Assembly: GCA_964558645.1 (NCBI GenBank) | Contig: CAZLEV010000003.1 | Location: 192,001 to 256,000 of the forward strand | Direction of reading: 5' to 3' | DNA: 64,000 nucleotides | From: an uncultured archaeon | GTDB lineage: Archaea; Asgardarchaeota; Thorarchaeia; Thorarchaeales; Thorarchaeaceae | Shown: positions 30,386 through 41,638 of the stretch, in pieces | Layout of the letters: each line of letters opens with the position of its first letter | How positions within the stretch are numbered: position 1 is the first letter of the stretch | Made by a program: the position numbers and the translations under genes | Notes under the pieces: generated by a model | The model's input: only the letters and a program-made list of their open reading frames with translations | What the model was told of the DNA's origin: nothing | Database searches by the model: none

Positions 30386-30742
30386 GTGAAGACCGATATT
30401 GAATGCAGACGTCAGGATTATGAACAAGCTGAACTGGACAATGAAGACAACCTGGGGAAGATACTGGTGTTCACCAGCAGACAGTGCCCATTTTGTGGTG
30501 AGGCCCTCCGTTTGGCAAGGGAAGCCGCAGCTCGCCTCCACTACTACTCTGAACACCTTGAAGTCATCGAAACCCGAATAGAGAATAATCGGGATGCTTT
30601 GGAACAGTATAGAATAACAGCGATTCCGACCATAAGAATCGGACGAGCGACAATCACAGGTCTCCCAAAAGTCGAAGATGTTGAGCAAATAATCCACGAG
30701 GTGATGCTCACTGATAGACTGGTGCCCTCAGGGATGCACTAG
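30386..30742 (+). CDS. Thioredoxin/glutaredoxin-like protein
   Basis: VFTSRQCPFC active site; YRITAIPTI cis-Pro motif; GGAGG upstream. Confidence 0.85.
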   Translation: MKTDIECRRQDYEQAELDNEDNLGKILVFTSRQCPFCGEALRLAREAAARLHYYSEHLEVIETRIENNRDALEQYRITAIPTIRIGRATITGLPKVEDVEQIIHEVMLTDRLVPSGMH

Positions 30743-30787
30743 GATTCTGAAAAGGACTCTCCTTTGATGGTTATGGAATTAGATAGA

Positions 30788-31534
30788 TTACAGATTCAGG
30801 ATGCTCTGTGCATTCCTCTCTGTGATAAGTCGGATTGTTTCAACATTCAGATTGATCATGTTCAAGCTGGCCATCAGATCCTGATACTCTGAATGATGTT
30901 CTGACCCAAAAACTAGCTTCCTTACTCCAAGATCCTGAATCAACGCATCAAGAAATACGCGAAGGGGGGATTCCACGAGCTTCGGCAGAGTCACTGATAT
31001 CTCTAGCCACACGTTGTTTCTTGCTATGAGAGGGATGAGCTTCGAGAAACCGAAGAGCCCTCCCATATGAAGCACAACAAACTCGGCATAGGGATGTGTC
31101 AGTGACAGACGGTCAAGAAAGCCGATTACCTCATTTGATATTTCCTTGTGGTGGAAGTAGATTGCAAGACCCTTCTCGACTGCCATCTGAGCGACAGCAT
31201 ACGCGGCAGGGTCAGATGGATGATACATTTGTTCGTCAAAGACGAAGGCCTTGCAGCCTTGATCTGCGAACTGAGCGATTCTTTCTCTTGCTAGGTTGAT
31301 TGGTCTCGGCATAACGGAGCAGGCAAACTCCAGCCTATCAGGTTGCATCTCGGCTGCTTCAACGTAGAGTTCTGTTGGTACTTTGTACTCTATTGGAGTC
31401 AGTACGGTCTTCTCTACATTGTAGTCGTCCATTCTTTCTATGAGCAAATCTACGTTCTCGTCAAGGGTGTCACGTGTTACCCTATCTACATTCATTCGGT
31501 CCGGACCTAGATGACAATGGATATCTATTGTCAA
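30788..31534 (-). CDS. Amidohydrolase-2 family metal-dependent hydrolase
   Basis: IDIHCH, IYFH, VVLHMG, NVWLEIS, KLVFGSE. Confidence 0.85.
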   Translation of the reverse strand: MTIDIHCHLGPDRMNVDRVTRDTLDENVDLLIERMDDYNVEKTVLTPIEYKVPTELYVEAAEMQPDRLEFACSVMPRPINLARERIAQFADQGCKAFVFDEQMYHPSDPAAYAVAQMAVEKGLAIYFHHKEISNEVIGFLDRLSLTHPYAEFVVLHMGGLFGFSKLIPLIARNNVWLEISVTLPKLVESPLRVFLDALIQDLGVRKLVFGSEHHSEYQDLMASLNMINLNVETIRLITERNAQSILNL

Positions 31535-31637
31535 TTTGGCAACCCTATCCTCTGTACACTGCCCTTCCTTTTCTTTTCGTGTATTATGTGAGCGAACATC
31601 ATCTCTATATAGAGACTAGACTAGCTAAAGCTGATTC

Positions 31638-32255
31638 ATGTTGAATTCAGATGACGAAACCTCTCAACTCGGAACACGCTTGCAGAACATGGTCGACGAG
31701 ATGAATGAAGATAGATACATGCTCATGGAATACCTCGGTCCTGTGGTCGATGGATGCCGTGCGGCACTTCAGATGGATGTTGAGAGCGCAAAGAAACTGG
31801 ACACCATGAGTGAACAAGAATTCGATGAAGTCCTGAACACAGCAGGTGACTCATTTCAGGACGTAGCCTTCTGTATCACCACTCTTGGAGGCAATTCACA
31901 GTTTTCGGTCGTCTTTGAAGAAGGCGTGGCATCTCTAGAACAAGGTTGCCATCATGAGGGTGTCGTCATGTCAGCCCCAGAGGATGTTCTCCTGGAGCTT
32001 TTTGGTGGCGATTCACAACTTTCTCCTCTGGACGTAATAGACGATGACCTCAAGGTGGAGGGTCCTGATGCTTGCCAGGTAGCAGAAGCATTAGGATTCT
32101 TGGTATTTCCGACACTCCTTCAGATGGCAAGGTCTGGCATCGATCCTTCTTCTCTGCATGTAGAGGATGCAGATTCAGTGATAATGACGACTGCGTCCGA
32201 TCTCGTAACAAGACTCCTGAAACGCTGGGTTGACATCCAAGTGAGCTCGCTCTAG
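31638..32255 (+). CDS. Hypothetical acidic protein (possibly SCP2-like fold)
   Basis: 205 aa open frame, divergent from the amidohydrolase; FSVVFEEG...VVMSA..DVLLELFGG..SP...DLKVEG weakly recalls SCP2. Confidence 0.6.
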   Translation: MLNSDDETSQLGTRLQNMVDEMNEDRYMLMEYLGPVVDGCRAALQMDVESAKKLDTMSEQEFDEVLNTAGDSFQDVAFCITTLGGNSQFSVVFEEGVASLEQGCHHEGVVMSAPEDVLLELFGGDSQLSPLDVIDDDLKVEGPDACQVAEALGFLVFPTLLQMARSGIDPSSLHVEDADSVIMTTASDLVTRLLKRWVDIQVSSL

Positions 32256-32264
32256 ACGTTAGCC

Positions 32265-33410
32265 TTACAACCCGTGGAAGGGGAATACTAGTTCTCTCAA
32301 TCTCTCTAAGACCCTATCCAAGTCGTCTTCTACGTATTCCCGTGGAGTATAGAGCTGCATGACGTCCTGTTCATCTCTCATTGTGAGAGGACACTTCGTG
32401 TAGTCAATACCCTCGCAGGTCTCAAGGAAGCCAGCTGGAATCTGTTGCGGGACATCAACCCCCAACATCAGAGCGAGGAACAACGTCCAAAGCCTGGCTA
32501 CGTTTGTGACGTGGTACCCTCCCCCACCCACGGCAAGCCAGCCGATGTCACAGATTTCCTCAGACATCTTCTTGAGTCGCTCAATCACATATTCGTACCC
32601 GTGGCTTGTGTATGCAAGATGTGCCAGAGGATCCATATAGTGTCCGTCAACTCCCATCTGAGTTACCAAGAGATTGGGTTGATAGACCTCAAAGAGTGGG
32701 ACCACAATCTCATCAAAGGCGCGGATAAGTTCTGGGTTGCCAGCGCCAACGGCCAGAGGTATGTTGACGGAGAACCCCTCTCCCTCTCCAGCGCCGTTCT
32801 CGAAGACATTGCCTGTTCCTGGAAAGAGAGTTCTGCCGGACTGGTGAATCGAAACCGTAAGGACCTGATCAGACCGATAGAATGCATTCTGAACGCCATC
32901 CCCATGATGGGCGTCGAAGTCGAAATAGAGCACTCGGCACTTCTGTGCTTTCAGAAGATACGTGATGGCGATGACAATGTCGTTGAAGATGCAGAATCCT
33001 GAAGCCTCACTTCTCTGTGCATGGTGGAGTCCACCTGAGATGACAAAAGCATTCCTCGCTCCCTTCATGATTGCTCGCATACCGTCGAGAGTTGCTCCCA
33101 CATACCTTCTCGCAGCTTCATAGAGGCCTGGGAATGATGGATTGTCGGCAATACCCAAACCGTAGCGGACATTCCTGCAAGAGGCATCTTGGCAGGCCTC
33201 CACTGCGTCTATATAATCAGGCTCATGGAATAGTTCGAGTTCTTCACGAGTTGGGAGTGTGGGTCTGACAATCTCAGTCAATTCCAGAAGACCCAATTGC
33301 TGCGAGAGGTCTCGAGTGAGTCTTAGCCTGTCTGGCTTTAGCGGATGAGTCTTGCTGAACTCATAGTCAAGAAGTTCATCCGAATACGGGTAGACGAGTC
33401 TTCCTCTCAT
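32265..33410 (-). CDS. Zn-dependent histone deacetylase family / AcuC-like deacetylase
   Basis: HPLKPDR, GGLHHA, ASGFC, DFDAHHGDG, FPGTG, VNIPL, GVDGH..DPL, GGGGY; start set at ATG 33410, about 30 nt below TATAAG. Confidence 0.93.
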   Translation of the reverse strand: MRGRLVYPYSDELLDYEFSKTHPLKPDRLRLTRDLSQQLGLLELTEIVRPTLPTREELELFHEPDYIDAVEACQDASCRNVRYGLGIADNPSFPGLYEAARRYVGATLDGMRAIMKGARNAFVISGGLHHAQRSEASGFCIFNDIVIAITYLLKAQKCRVLYFDFDAHHGDGVQNAFYRSDQVLTVSIHQSGRTLFPGTGNVFENGAGEGEGFSVNIPLAVGAGNPELIRAFDEIVVPLFEVYQPNLLVTQMGVDGHYMDPLAHLAYTSHGYEYVIERLKKMSEEICDIGWLAVGGGGYHVTNVARLWTLFLALMLGVDVPQQIPAGFLETCEGIDYTKCPLTMRDEQDVMQLYTPREYVEDDLDRVLERLRELVFPFHGL

Positions 33411-33480
33411 GGTGATTCGGTGATTATGAAACACCTGCTTATACCTTGTGCATTCCGGCACCAGCAATAGACACCGGGAG

Positions 33481-35043
33481 TTAGTACCATTCGATTGTTC
33501 CGGGAGGCTTGGAAGTCACATCGTAGACCACGCGATTGATTCCGTCCACCTCGTTTACTATTCTTGAGGCGATATGTAGAAGCAGATTCCATTCAGGTCT
33601 TGCTACCGATGCGGTCATAGCGTCCGTACTCTCAACTATCCTTATCACGGCTGCTTGTTCGTATGTACGTTCGTCACCCATGACACCAACCGACCTCACA
33701 GGAAGAAGGACACAGAAGGACTGCCATATCGACGAGTAGATCTCCTCTTTCTCTAGCTCTCGTTGCAGGATTCTGTCAGCCTTCCTAAGCACTTGAAGCT
33801 GCTCTCTTGTGACAGGTCCACTTACTCTGATCGCGAGAGACGGTCCTGGGAAAGGCTGCCTGTTAATCATGTAATCCGGTATCCCAAGACTCGACCCGAC
33901 CTTCCGAACCTCGTCTTTGTAGAGGTTCTTTAGGGGTTCTACAATTTTGAGAGTCATCCAAGTCGGCAAGCGTACGTTGTGATGGCTCTTAATGACTGCT
34001 GTTCCAGTGCCTGTCGCTGCGCTCTCAACCCGATCTGGATAGATTGTGCCCTGTCCAAGGAAGTCGAATCGCCCGAACTCACCTTCAAGTTCTTTAGCCT
34101 TCTCTTCAAAGACTTCTATGAATGTGTCTGCTATCACTTTCCGTTTTTCTTCGGGGTCTTTGACACCTTCTAGTCCTTTCAAGAATCTCTCAGAGGCATC
34201 GACGACCACGAAGTGCTCAAAGTTCATCTCCTCGAAGGCTCTGACAACCTCTTCGCGTTCGCCCAATCGAAGAAGACCATTGTCGACAAAGACGCAGTGA
34301 AGCCTATCACCTATTGCCTCGTTGATTAGGAATGCAGCCACAGTAGAGTCAACTCCGCCACTTGTACCCATCAACACGCTTCCATGTCCTACTTGATTCC
34401 GTATCGATTGAATGATGCTGGCAGTCTCGCTCTCAGGTGTCCAATCGTGGACGCATCCACACACGTCACGCAGGAATGCTTCTAGAACCCTCATCCCGTT
34501 AGGAGTATGAGCAACCTCAGGATGAAACTGAACACCAAAGATCAAATCGTCATTGGTCTTGAAGGATGCAATCTTACTGTCGCCACTCAATGCCAGAGGC
34601 TGCATGTCTTGTGGAAGTGCGACAACCTCATCACTGTGACTCATCCACACATACTGTCCGTCCGTGAGCCCCTGTAAAATGGAGTCAGTATCAATGACAT
34701 GTATTCTGGTCTTGCCGTATTCGGGATTACCTCGTGGGGAAAGCCTTGCGCCTTTCCAGACTGCCAGCAGCTGGTGCCCAAAACAGATACCTAATACGGG
34801 AACTCCAATCTCATGGAGAAGACTCATGTTAGAGCGGAAAGTTTCATTCAAGTCAGCTGCTTCGATGGATCTCGGTCCTCCGGAGAGTATGACTCCCCTG
34901 ATGCTGGGAAGGTCTAGGTCGGACATTGGAGACTTCTCGGAGATGATTTCGGCATAGACACCCAGTTCACGGCACCTTCTCGAAATCAGATGCGTGTACT
35001 GTCCACCGTAGTCGACTACAAGAACCTGTTCTCTTACGCTCAA
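33481..35043 (-). CDS. guaA: GMP synthase (glutamine-hydrolysing), fused GATase and synthetase
   Basis: DYGGQYT, LGICFGHQ, QFHPEV, SGGVDS, IKSHHNV, PFPGP, TSKPPGTIEW. Confidence 0.97.
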   Translation of the reverse strand: MSVREQVLVVDYGGQYTHLISRRCRELGVYAEIISEKSPMSDLDLPSIRGVILSGGPRSIEAADLNETFRSNMSLLHEIGVPVLGICFGHQLLAVWKGARLSPRGNPEYGKTRIHVIDTDSILQGLTDGQYVWMSHSDEVVALPQDMQPLALSGDSKIASFKTNDDLIFGVQFHPEVAHTPNGMRVLEAFLRDVCGCVHDWTPESETASIIQSIRNQVGHGSVLMGTSGGVDSTVAAFLINEAIGDRLHCVFVDNGLLRLGEREEVVRAFEEMNFEHFVVVDASERFLKGLEGVKDPEEKRKVIADTFIEVFEEKAKELEGEFGRFDFLGQGTIYPDRVESAATGTGTAVIKSHHNVRLPTWMTLKIVEPLKNLYKDEVRKVGSSLGIPDYMINRQPFPGPSLAIRVSGPVTREQLQVLRKADRILQRELEKEEIYSSIWQSFCVLLPVRSVGVMGDERTYEQAAVIRIVESTDAMTASVARPEWNLLLHIASRIVNEVDGINRVVYDVTSKPPGTIEWY

Positions 35044-35060
35044 GTCACTCCCTCAGCCAA

Positions 35061-36317
35061 TTAGAGCTCTGCCGCGATGTCACGACGATACCTAACCCTC
35101 CCCTCTATCTTGCTAACATCTTCGTAAGCCTTTGTTCGGGCCTCGGTTACTGACTCACCCTTTCCGAGGATGGCTATAGATCGGCTTCCTGTTGTATAGA
35201 CTGTCCCATCTCTCTCGTACACCGAAGCATAGTACATCTCACTTCCAACTTGTCCACGTACTGAGATGGGTTCATCGGCTCTCACAGCGTTTCCCGGATA
35301 ACCCTCAGGCACCAAGTACACACAGACCGTGGCAAGACGGGAGAAGGAGGGTTTGCTGAGATTCCCGCTCAATATATCCTGGCAAATCTCGTCCATCGAT
35401 GATTCGAGTATCGAGAGTACGTTCATTGCCTCCGGGTCTCCGAATCTTACATTGAACTCTAGAACCTTGATACCGTCAGAAGTCTTCATGAACTGTCCGT
35501 AGAGAATGCCCTTGTACCTTTCGCCTGAGTCTTCGTTGACCCCGTCGATGGCACTCGTCATGATTCCAAGAGCTTCTTCTAAATCATTCTTCTTGACATA
35601 TTCAAGACCGTGGGATTCTCTGGAGTAAGAGCCCATCGATCCAGTGTTGGGTCCTATGTCGCCGTCATAGGCTCTCTTGAAATCACGGACAAGTGGCATG
35701 GGTTCTATCTTCCCCGCCGAGTCCACGAACGCCTGCACTGTGAACTCAGTCCCTGAAATCTTCTCTTCTAAGATAACACTCCCATCACGCTGAATCATCT
35801 TCTCAGCATAGTCCAAGACCTCATCTCGAGAGTGTACATGCTCTGCAAAGAGCTTGACCCCCTTGCCACCAGTCAGCCCATCGGGCTTAATTACGAGATT
35901 CTCGAGACCAATCTCGTCTATTGCAGCGTTGATACTGTCAGGGCTCTGCAATACTTTGAATTTGGGATTGGCATCGGGCCGGATTCTCTGCAAGAGTCTT
36001 CTCGCATAGACCTTGCTTGTTTCTAGCCTTGCAGCTTGAGAGCTGGGGCCAACAGTGGGAATACCGCTTGATTCAAGTCTATCAACGATTCCCTTTGCCA
36101 GCGGCCCCTCCGGTCCGATGATGGCGTAATCTATCCGTTCCAGGTTGGGTATGGCATCAACGTCATCCAGTTTTGCTTCAAACGATTCCTCAGAGAGGGC
36201 TTCGATACCCGGATTGATTGTATCCATCAATGACCAAAGGGTGACTCCAGAGTCGTGAAGCGCAGAAGCTATTGCATGCTCTCTAGCACCATTTCCGACT
36301 AGGAGTACTCTGCTCAA
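35061..36317 (-). CDS. purD: Phosphoribosylamine-glycine ligase
   Basis: [44 protein letters not shown]. Confidence 0.96.
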   Translation of the reverse strand: MSRVLLVGNGAREHAIASALHDSGVTLWSLMDTINPGIEALSEESFEAKLDDVDAIPNLERIDYAIIGPEGPLAKGIVDRLESSGIPTVGPSSQAARLETSKVYARRLLQRIRPDANPKFKVLQSPDSINAAIDEIGLENLVIKPDGLTGGKGVKLFAEHVHSRDEVLDYAEKMIQRDGSVILEEKISGTEFTVQAFVDSAGKIEPMPLVRDFKRAYDGDIGPNTGSMGSYSRESHGLEYVKKNDLEEALGIMTSAIDGVNEDSGERYKGILYGQFMKTSDGIKVLEFNVRFGDPEAMNVLSILESSMDEICQDILSGNLSKPSFSRLATVCVYLVPEGYPGNAVRADEPISVRGQVGSEMYYASVYERDGTVYTTGSRSIAILGKGESVTEARTKAYEDVSKIEGRVRYRRDIAAEL

Positions 36318-37759
36318 TGTAGGTCTACCTCATATGGTTCTATAATGACTGATGCTCTATCTGACTCCTCGACAACTCCGAGCTCATAGCTCTCGTCGAG
36401 AGCTGATAACACCTGCAAGGCCTGCTCCTTCTGGGTCTCAGGCACAATCACAATCAGACCCACAGACATATTGAAGGTTGAGAACATCTCTTTCCACTCG
36501 ATTTGTCCCTCTCTCTGCAAATAGGAGAAAATGGGTTGGATCTCCGGGAGTGTTCTAATCCTGAATCTTGCGGCCTTGAGTCTGAGTATCTTCTTGAACC
36601 CTGAGCCGGTGATGTGGGCTATTCCATGTATTTCGACCCCGCTTTCTCTTAGGGCCTTCAGGTGAGGAACGTAAATCCGAGTTGGTCTTAGAAGCTCGTC
36701 CGCTACTCTGGTTCCCCATGGGAATGTATCGTCTATGCCCAGTTTCGAGAATATGACCTTTCGTGCTAACGTGAATCCGTTTGAATGAATCCCGTTGGAT
36801 GAAACCCCTAGTATGGCGTCCCCGTTCCCAATCATGCTTCCGTCAACAAGCTCATCTGGGTGAGCTGTTCCAACTGCTGTTCCGGCCAGGTCTATGCCGA
36901 TGTCAGTTGTTCCTCTTATCATGTCAGGGAGGATCGCTGTTTCTCCTCCTAAAATCGGAATGCCGGATACTCTGCATCCATCAAGGAGGCCTTGCCCAAT
37001 CTGGCTAAGAATGTCCCTAGGGAGAGGTTTCTCCGCAGCCAGGTAGTCTACAAAACCTACCGGCAATACACCTACAGAAACCAAGTCGTTTACATTCATT
37101 GCAACACAGTCTTGGCCGATTGTATCATATCTTCCAGCCATCTCGGCAACCAATACCTTACTTCCAACTCCATCGGTAGACATGGCGATACAGAGCTCAT
37201 CAGAAACCCGCACCGTGTTGGCATAGTGACCATAGTCCTGCATGACATCTCCGTGTTCGAATGATCTTCGCACGTATTCTCCTAGGATTCTGAGGCCTTC
37301 TGATACTTCTGTTTCATCAACACCTGCTTCAGCATATGTACTAGGTATCTTCTTTGATTGGTCGGTTTGGATGCGGATTATTCTCGCAGCCAAGTGGGCG
37401 GCGTTCTGACCATTGTCTATCCCTACCGTGGCCACAGGCACGCCTTTGGGCATCTGAACGATTGACAGCAGGGCATCAAGCCCTCCAAGTGCTGCAGAAA
37501 CCGGGACACCAATTACGGGCTTGTCAGTGAGCGATGCAACTACGCCGGGCAGGGCTGCAGCGAGTCCTGCGACTGTGACGATAACACGCGCGTCGCTCTG
37601 TTCTACTATCGCTCTTACCAACTCAGGTTCTCTGTGGGCGGAAGCATACCTTTCTTCGTATGATATTGAAAGCTCTTCAAGGATCGAGGTACACTTTTCC
37701 ACTATCTTCGCATCGCTCTTACTGCCTGCTATTACAAGTACGTCTACCAATGAACTCAC
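36314..37759 (-). CDS. purE-purM: PurE (AIR carboxylase/NCAIR mutase)-PurM (AIR synthetase) fusion
   Basis: N-terminal [29 protein letters not shown]; then [46 protein letters not shown] in one frame. Confidence 0.93.
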   Translation of the reverse strand: MSSLVDVLVIAGSKSDAKIVEKCTSILEELSISYEERYASAHREPELVRAIVEQSDARVIVTVAGLAAALPGVVASLTDKPVIGVPVSAALGGLDALLSIVQMPKGVPVATVGIDNGQNAAHLAARIIRIQTDQSKKIPSTYAEAGVDETEVSEGLRILGEYVRRSFEHGDVMQDYGHYANTVRVSDELCIAMSTDGVGSKVLVAEMAGRYDTIGQDCVAMNVNDLVSVGVLPVGFVDYLAAEKPLPRDILSQIGQGLLDGCRVSGIPILGGETAILPDMIRGTTDIGIDLAGTAVGTAHPDELVDGSMIGNGDAILGVSSNGIHSNGFTLARKVIFSKLGIDDTFPWGTRVADELLRPTRIYVPHLKALRESGVEIHGIAHITGSGFKKILRLKAARFRIRTLPEIQPIFSYLQREGQIEWKEMFSTFNMSVGLIVIVPETQKEQALQVLSALDESYELGVVEESDRASVIIEPYEVDLH

Positions 37760-39924
37760 TCCATGTACTTTCTTAGACCCGTTCTGAAGCTTCTAGCAGC
37801 CTCTTTCATGTCCACCTCGAAATCGCCGAAGTCTGCTACTCTGTTGTTCACAGTCAATCCAATCTCCACTACGGGTGTTTCATGTTTCTCCATTACATCC
37901 ATGAACTGTTGTTGATTTGATTCCGTCACCTCGGCGACATATCGGGCTGAGGTTTCGGAGAACAGGATTTCGACATCTCTCGAAGTTGTACCCGGGACAT
38001 AGTCCAAATCCACCTTGAAGCCATAGTCGCTATTCATGACCATTTTCATCAAAGATATGGCAAGACCCCCCCTTCCCAGATTGTTGCAGGATCTTATCAG
38101 TCCAGACTTGTGACACTGGAGAATTGCATTCATGACGTTCTTTTCACGCTTCGGTCTGTAGACAGGGGGTATTCCTTGGACTCTTCCGGTAATCATGCTC
38201 TGGAATTCAGTTCCGTTTAGCTCGGGCAGCGTTTCTCCAACGAGGAGGAGGTTGGCCCAAGGGGTACAAAGACTCCGTCTAATCGGTACATACCCTGGTT
38301 CAAAGATGCCAGCCATCATAATCTGTGGAGTGGGATTGATCCTACGTGTCTTGCCTTCGGTTTCTGCTTCATTATAGAGCGATACATTCCCTGCTACTAC
38401 CGGGATTTCGAAATCATTTGAAAAACGGCCCAGACCCCTAATCGATTCGACAAATTCTGCATACGAATCCGGCCTTTCAGGGTTTCCGAAGTTGAGGCAA
38501 TCTGCAATAAGAATCGGTCTTGCGCCCATCGAGACAATGTTTCTCAGGCACTCTGCAGCCGAGTTGGCTGTACCTTGCTGAGGATCAAGCAAGCACCACT
38601 GAGAATTACAGCCACTCGAGAAGGCTATTCTCTTGTTGAAAGGAAACTCAAGAACTCCTGCATTCTCCCCGATATCTACGATTGTATTAATCTGAACGTG
38701 CTGGTCATATTGGGAGTAAACCCAAGATCTGTCGCATATGTTGAGAGAGCCGAGCATCTCCACTATTACCTTATCGAAATCATGGTCGTCTTTCACCCAA
38801 TCTAGACTCTGCTTCTGAACCGGGATTACCCCCTCAACTCTCTCAGGAATAGGACATCCATCAACCAGAAGACTGATGGGTAGTCTGGCCTTGACTTCTC
38901 CACCCTCTAGCACCGTGTAGTGCTGGTCAGCAGTGACTTGACCAATGACTGCATGTGGGGCCTCGCTCTTAGCAAGAATCTCGAGCACATCATCAAGATT
39001 CTCAGGAGATACTACCGCCAACATGCGTTCCTGAGATTCAGATACGATTATCTCCCAAGGAGCCATGCCTTGCTCTCGAACCGGCACTCTATCAACATCA
39101 ATCGTGACCCCCGTTCCGCCATTCGAGGCCATCTCTCCGGCACATGATGTCAGACCACCTCCGCCCAAATCTTGGAGGCCATCAATGAGCTCCTGCTCTA
39201 CTAGTTCGTTCAGCACATCTATGAGTACCTTCTTGGCAAGAGGATCGCCTATTTGAACCGCTGCTCTATTCTCTTCTTCACGATCGGAGAAAGCCTCCGA
39301 GGCGAAGCTCACCCCTGCGATACCATCTCTCCCTGTCGTAGACCCGAAGATAACCAAATGATGCCCCGGGGTTTTTGCGCTGCTTCTGATGACTTTCTCG
39401 GGCTTTACAACTCCGATGCAGACGACGTTCACAAGGCAGTTTCCCTCATACGAGTCATCAAAACTGAGGTCGCCGCCAATCGTAGGGATGCCGACGCTAT
39501 TGCCATAGTCAGAGATACCGCGAACAACGTGTTCCAGAAGATATGCATTCCTTGGTTTTTTTGGATGCCCGAAATGTAGACAGTTCATGAGCCCAACAGC
39601 TTTACACCCTTGTGATATGACATCTCGAATGATGCCCCCGACTCCAGTAGCAGCACCGTTGTACGGATCTATCTGGCTTGGATGGTTGTGCGACTCCATT
39701 GCGACCCCCAGAAGAGTCCCATCACCGATATCAACTAGCCCTGCTCCTTCCCCTATGCCGAGGTAGACTCTCTCCCCCTTGGTCTTGAAGAGATGGAACC
39801 ATCTCTTGCTGCTCTTATAGCTGCAATGCTCACTCCAGAGCACATCGAGCATAGCCAGCTCGGTTTCATTTGGCTTCCTCCCAAGAACCTTTGATGCCTG
39901 CTCGAGTTCTGCTTTCGTTATCAC
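37756..39924 (-). CDS. purL: FGAM synthase subunit PurL (small type)
   Basis: [57 protein letters not shown]. Confidence 0.97.
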   Translation of the reverse strand: MITKAELEQASKVLGRKPNETELAMLDVLWSEHCSYKSSKRWFHLFKTKGERVYLGIGEGAGLVDIGDGTLLGVAMESHNHPSQIDPYNGAATGVGGIIRDVISQGCKAVGLMNCLHFGHPKKPRNAYLLEHVVRGISDYGNSVGIPTIGGDLSFDDSYEGNCLVNVVCIGVVKPEKVIRSSAKTPGHHLVIFGSTTGRDGIAGVSFASEAFSDREEENRAAVQIGDPLAKKVLIDVLNELVEQELIDGLQDLGGGGLTSCAGEMASNGGTGVTIDVDRVPVREQGMAPWEIIVSESQERMLAVVSPENLDDVLEILAKSEAPHAVIGQVTADQHYTVLEGGEVKARLPISLLVDGCPIPERVEGVIPVQKQSLDWVKDDHDFDKVIVEMLGSLNICDRSWVYSQYDQHVQINTIVDIGENAGVLEFPFNKRIAFSSGCNSQWCLLDPQQGTANSAAECLRNIVSMGARPILIADCLNFGNPERPDSYAEFVESIRGLGRFSNDFEIPVVAGNVSLYNEAETEGKTRRINPTPQIMMAGIFEPGYVPIRRSLCTPWANLLLVGETLPELNGTEFQSMITGRVQGIPPVYRPKREKNVMNAILQCHKSGLIRSCNNLGRGGLAISLMKMVMNSDYGFKVDLDYVPGTTSRDVEILFSETSARYVAEVTESNQQQFMDVMEKHETPVVEIGLTVNNRVADFGDFEVDMKEAARSFRTGLRKYME

Positions 39925-40613
39925 AAGGTATCCCTCACAAAGTTCTCTAGGATAAGACTGCCATCTTGAGAGCCTATGGCAATTCTGGACGCACGTTCAG
40001 GATGAGGCATCATGCCCATCACATTACCCCTCTCATTGACGATTCCAGCGATGCTCGTCACTGACCCGTTGGGATTCGTTTCGTCTGAGATATTTCCATC
40101 CTTGTCACAGTATCTGAACAACACCCTCTTTTCGGATACGAGTCTATCCAACGTGTCATTGGTGCAGAAGTAGTTACCTTCAGCGTGCGCGATGGGTATC
40201 CTGATTATCGCATTCTCCAGTCCCTCCGTGAATCGGGAGACATCCTCTGATACTTTGAGGTAGACCCATTTACAGACAAAACGAGCAGATTCATTGGCAA
40301 GAAGAGCGCCTGGCAGAAGTCCTGCCTCGGTAAGGATTTGAAATCCGTTACAGATGCCTAGAACCGGTTTGTCGTCATCGATGAGCTCCTTCACACCCTC
40401 CATAATATCTCCGACTGATCCTACGGCCCCTGCTCGTAAGTAATCGCCGAATGAGAAGCCTCCTGGGATAACAGCTCCGTCGGCTTCTTGAAGGGCAGTT
40501 GGACCAAGACGACTTGGAACAAGGAACGGATCTGCACCGGGTATTCCATTGAGCACCCGAATCACGTCTTGTTCGTTATTCGTTCCAGGGAAACGCAGGA
40601 CTGCGATTGCCAA
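39921..40613 (-). CDS. purQ: FGAM synthase glutaminase subunit
   Basis: FPGTN, PGGFSFGDYLRAG, GICNGFQIL, AHAEG, NPNGS, MMPHPER. Confidence 0.97.
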   Translation of the reverse strand: MAIAVLRFPGTNNEQDVIRVLNGIPGADPFLVPSRLGPTALQEADGAVIPGGFSFGDYLRAGAVGSVGDIMEGVKELIDDDKPVLGICNGFQILTEAGLLPGALLANESARFVCKWVYLKVSEDVSRFTEGLENAIIRIPIAHAEGNYFCTNDTLDRLVSEKRVLFRYCDKDGNISDETNPNGSVTSIAGIVNERGNVMGMMPHPERASRIAIGSQDGSLILENFVRDTL

Positions 40614-41621
40614 CTATGTCAGCCTCAATTCTGTTCTTTCAGCAATAGGATTGGAGAGAAGCTTCATGTTCATCTCCTCAAGCTTCTCTAGGAGGTCGGG
40701 ACTTACCGGCTGGTTGACGGTGATTCTGTATATCCTTCCCGCACGAACATCTACTGCATGGTCGAATCCTAGTCTTGTCATGGCCTTTCGAGTCACTTCA
40801 CCCGGAGGATTCTTGATACCGTCCTTTGGCAAAACGAGAACTGATAGAGTCTCCACCCTATTGGGAATCTCTTCAGGGTCTGTTTCTCTCAGTCTGTCCA
40901 GTAGTCGTCTGTAAGCATCGACGACATCTCCTGAATCGTCTCTGAAGATGTCTTTGTCCAATGAGTCTTCATCCTTGTCCCAGACTCTAATCGTGTCTCC
41001 TGAGATCTCGTCTGCTAGTAGGATTGCCCCATCTTTTGTCTTCCCAAACTCAAGCTTGAAGTCAACGAAACGTAGTCCAGCTTGCGAAAGGAGTTCTCGT
41101 AGGTAGTAATTGACGGACAGTGTCACCGCATGTATGAAGGCAATCTCATCTGCCGTGGCGAAGCCAAGCCTTTCTATGGCGTCGGTGGAGAGGAGTGGGT
41201 CATGGAGAGAGTCATCTTTGAGGAAGAACTCAACCAAAGGTTCTGCAAGGACTTGCCCACGCTGGATGCCATATCGCTTACAGAATGATCCTGCAGCGAA
41301 GTTGCGGCATACAACCTCTAGAGGGAAAATCTCAACTTTGCGGCAAAGCCACCTTGTATCCTCAAGCCTCTTGATGAAATGGGTTGCAATGCCCTTTTCT
41401 TGTAGATACTTCAGAAGAAACTCCGACGTATCGCAGGTCACGAGAGCCTTACCCTCAATCTCGTCTCTCTTCTCACCGTCACCAGCAGTAATTGCATCTG
41501 TGAATTCTATGATGACTCTTTCTGGGGAGTCTGGGTCGGCGTAAACACGCTTGACTTTTCCCTCGTTGATTAGATCCAACTTCAATATCTCCTTTCTCTT
41601 TATGCTTGGGTTTTCTCGCAA
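40614..41621 (-). CDS. purC-purS: SAICAR synthetase (PurC)-PurS fusion
   Basis: EGKVK, PLEVVCRN..AGS, DFKLEFG, LADEISGDT.RVWD, LDKDIFR; C-terminal ~80 aa VLPKDGIKNPPGEVT...LGF..DVRAG...KLLSNPIAE is PurS-like. Confidence 0.92.
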   Translation of the reverse strand: MRENPSIKRKEILKLDLINEGKVKRVYADPDSPERVIIEFTDAITAGDGEKRDEIEGKALVTCDTSEFLLKYLQEKGIATHFIKRLEDTRWLCRKVEIFPLEVVCRNFAAGSFCKRYGIQRGQVLAEPLVEFFLKDDSLHDPLLSTDAIERLGFATADEIAFIHAVTLSVNYYLRELLSQAGLRFVDFKLEFGKTKDGAILLADEISGDTIRVWDKDEDSLDKDIFRDDSGDVVDAYRRLLDRLRETDPEEIPNRVETLSVLVLPKDGIKNPPGEVTRKAMTRLGFDHAVDVRAGRIYRITVNQPVSPDLLEKLEEMNMKLLSNPIAERTELRLT

Positions 41622-41638
41622 TACATCATCTTTATGAA

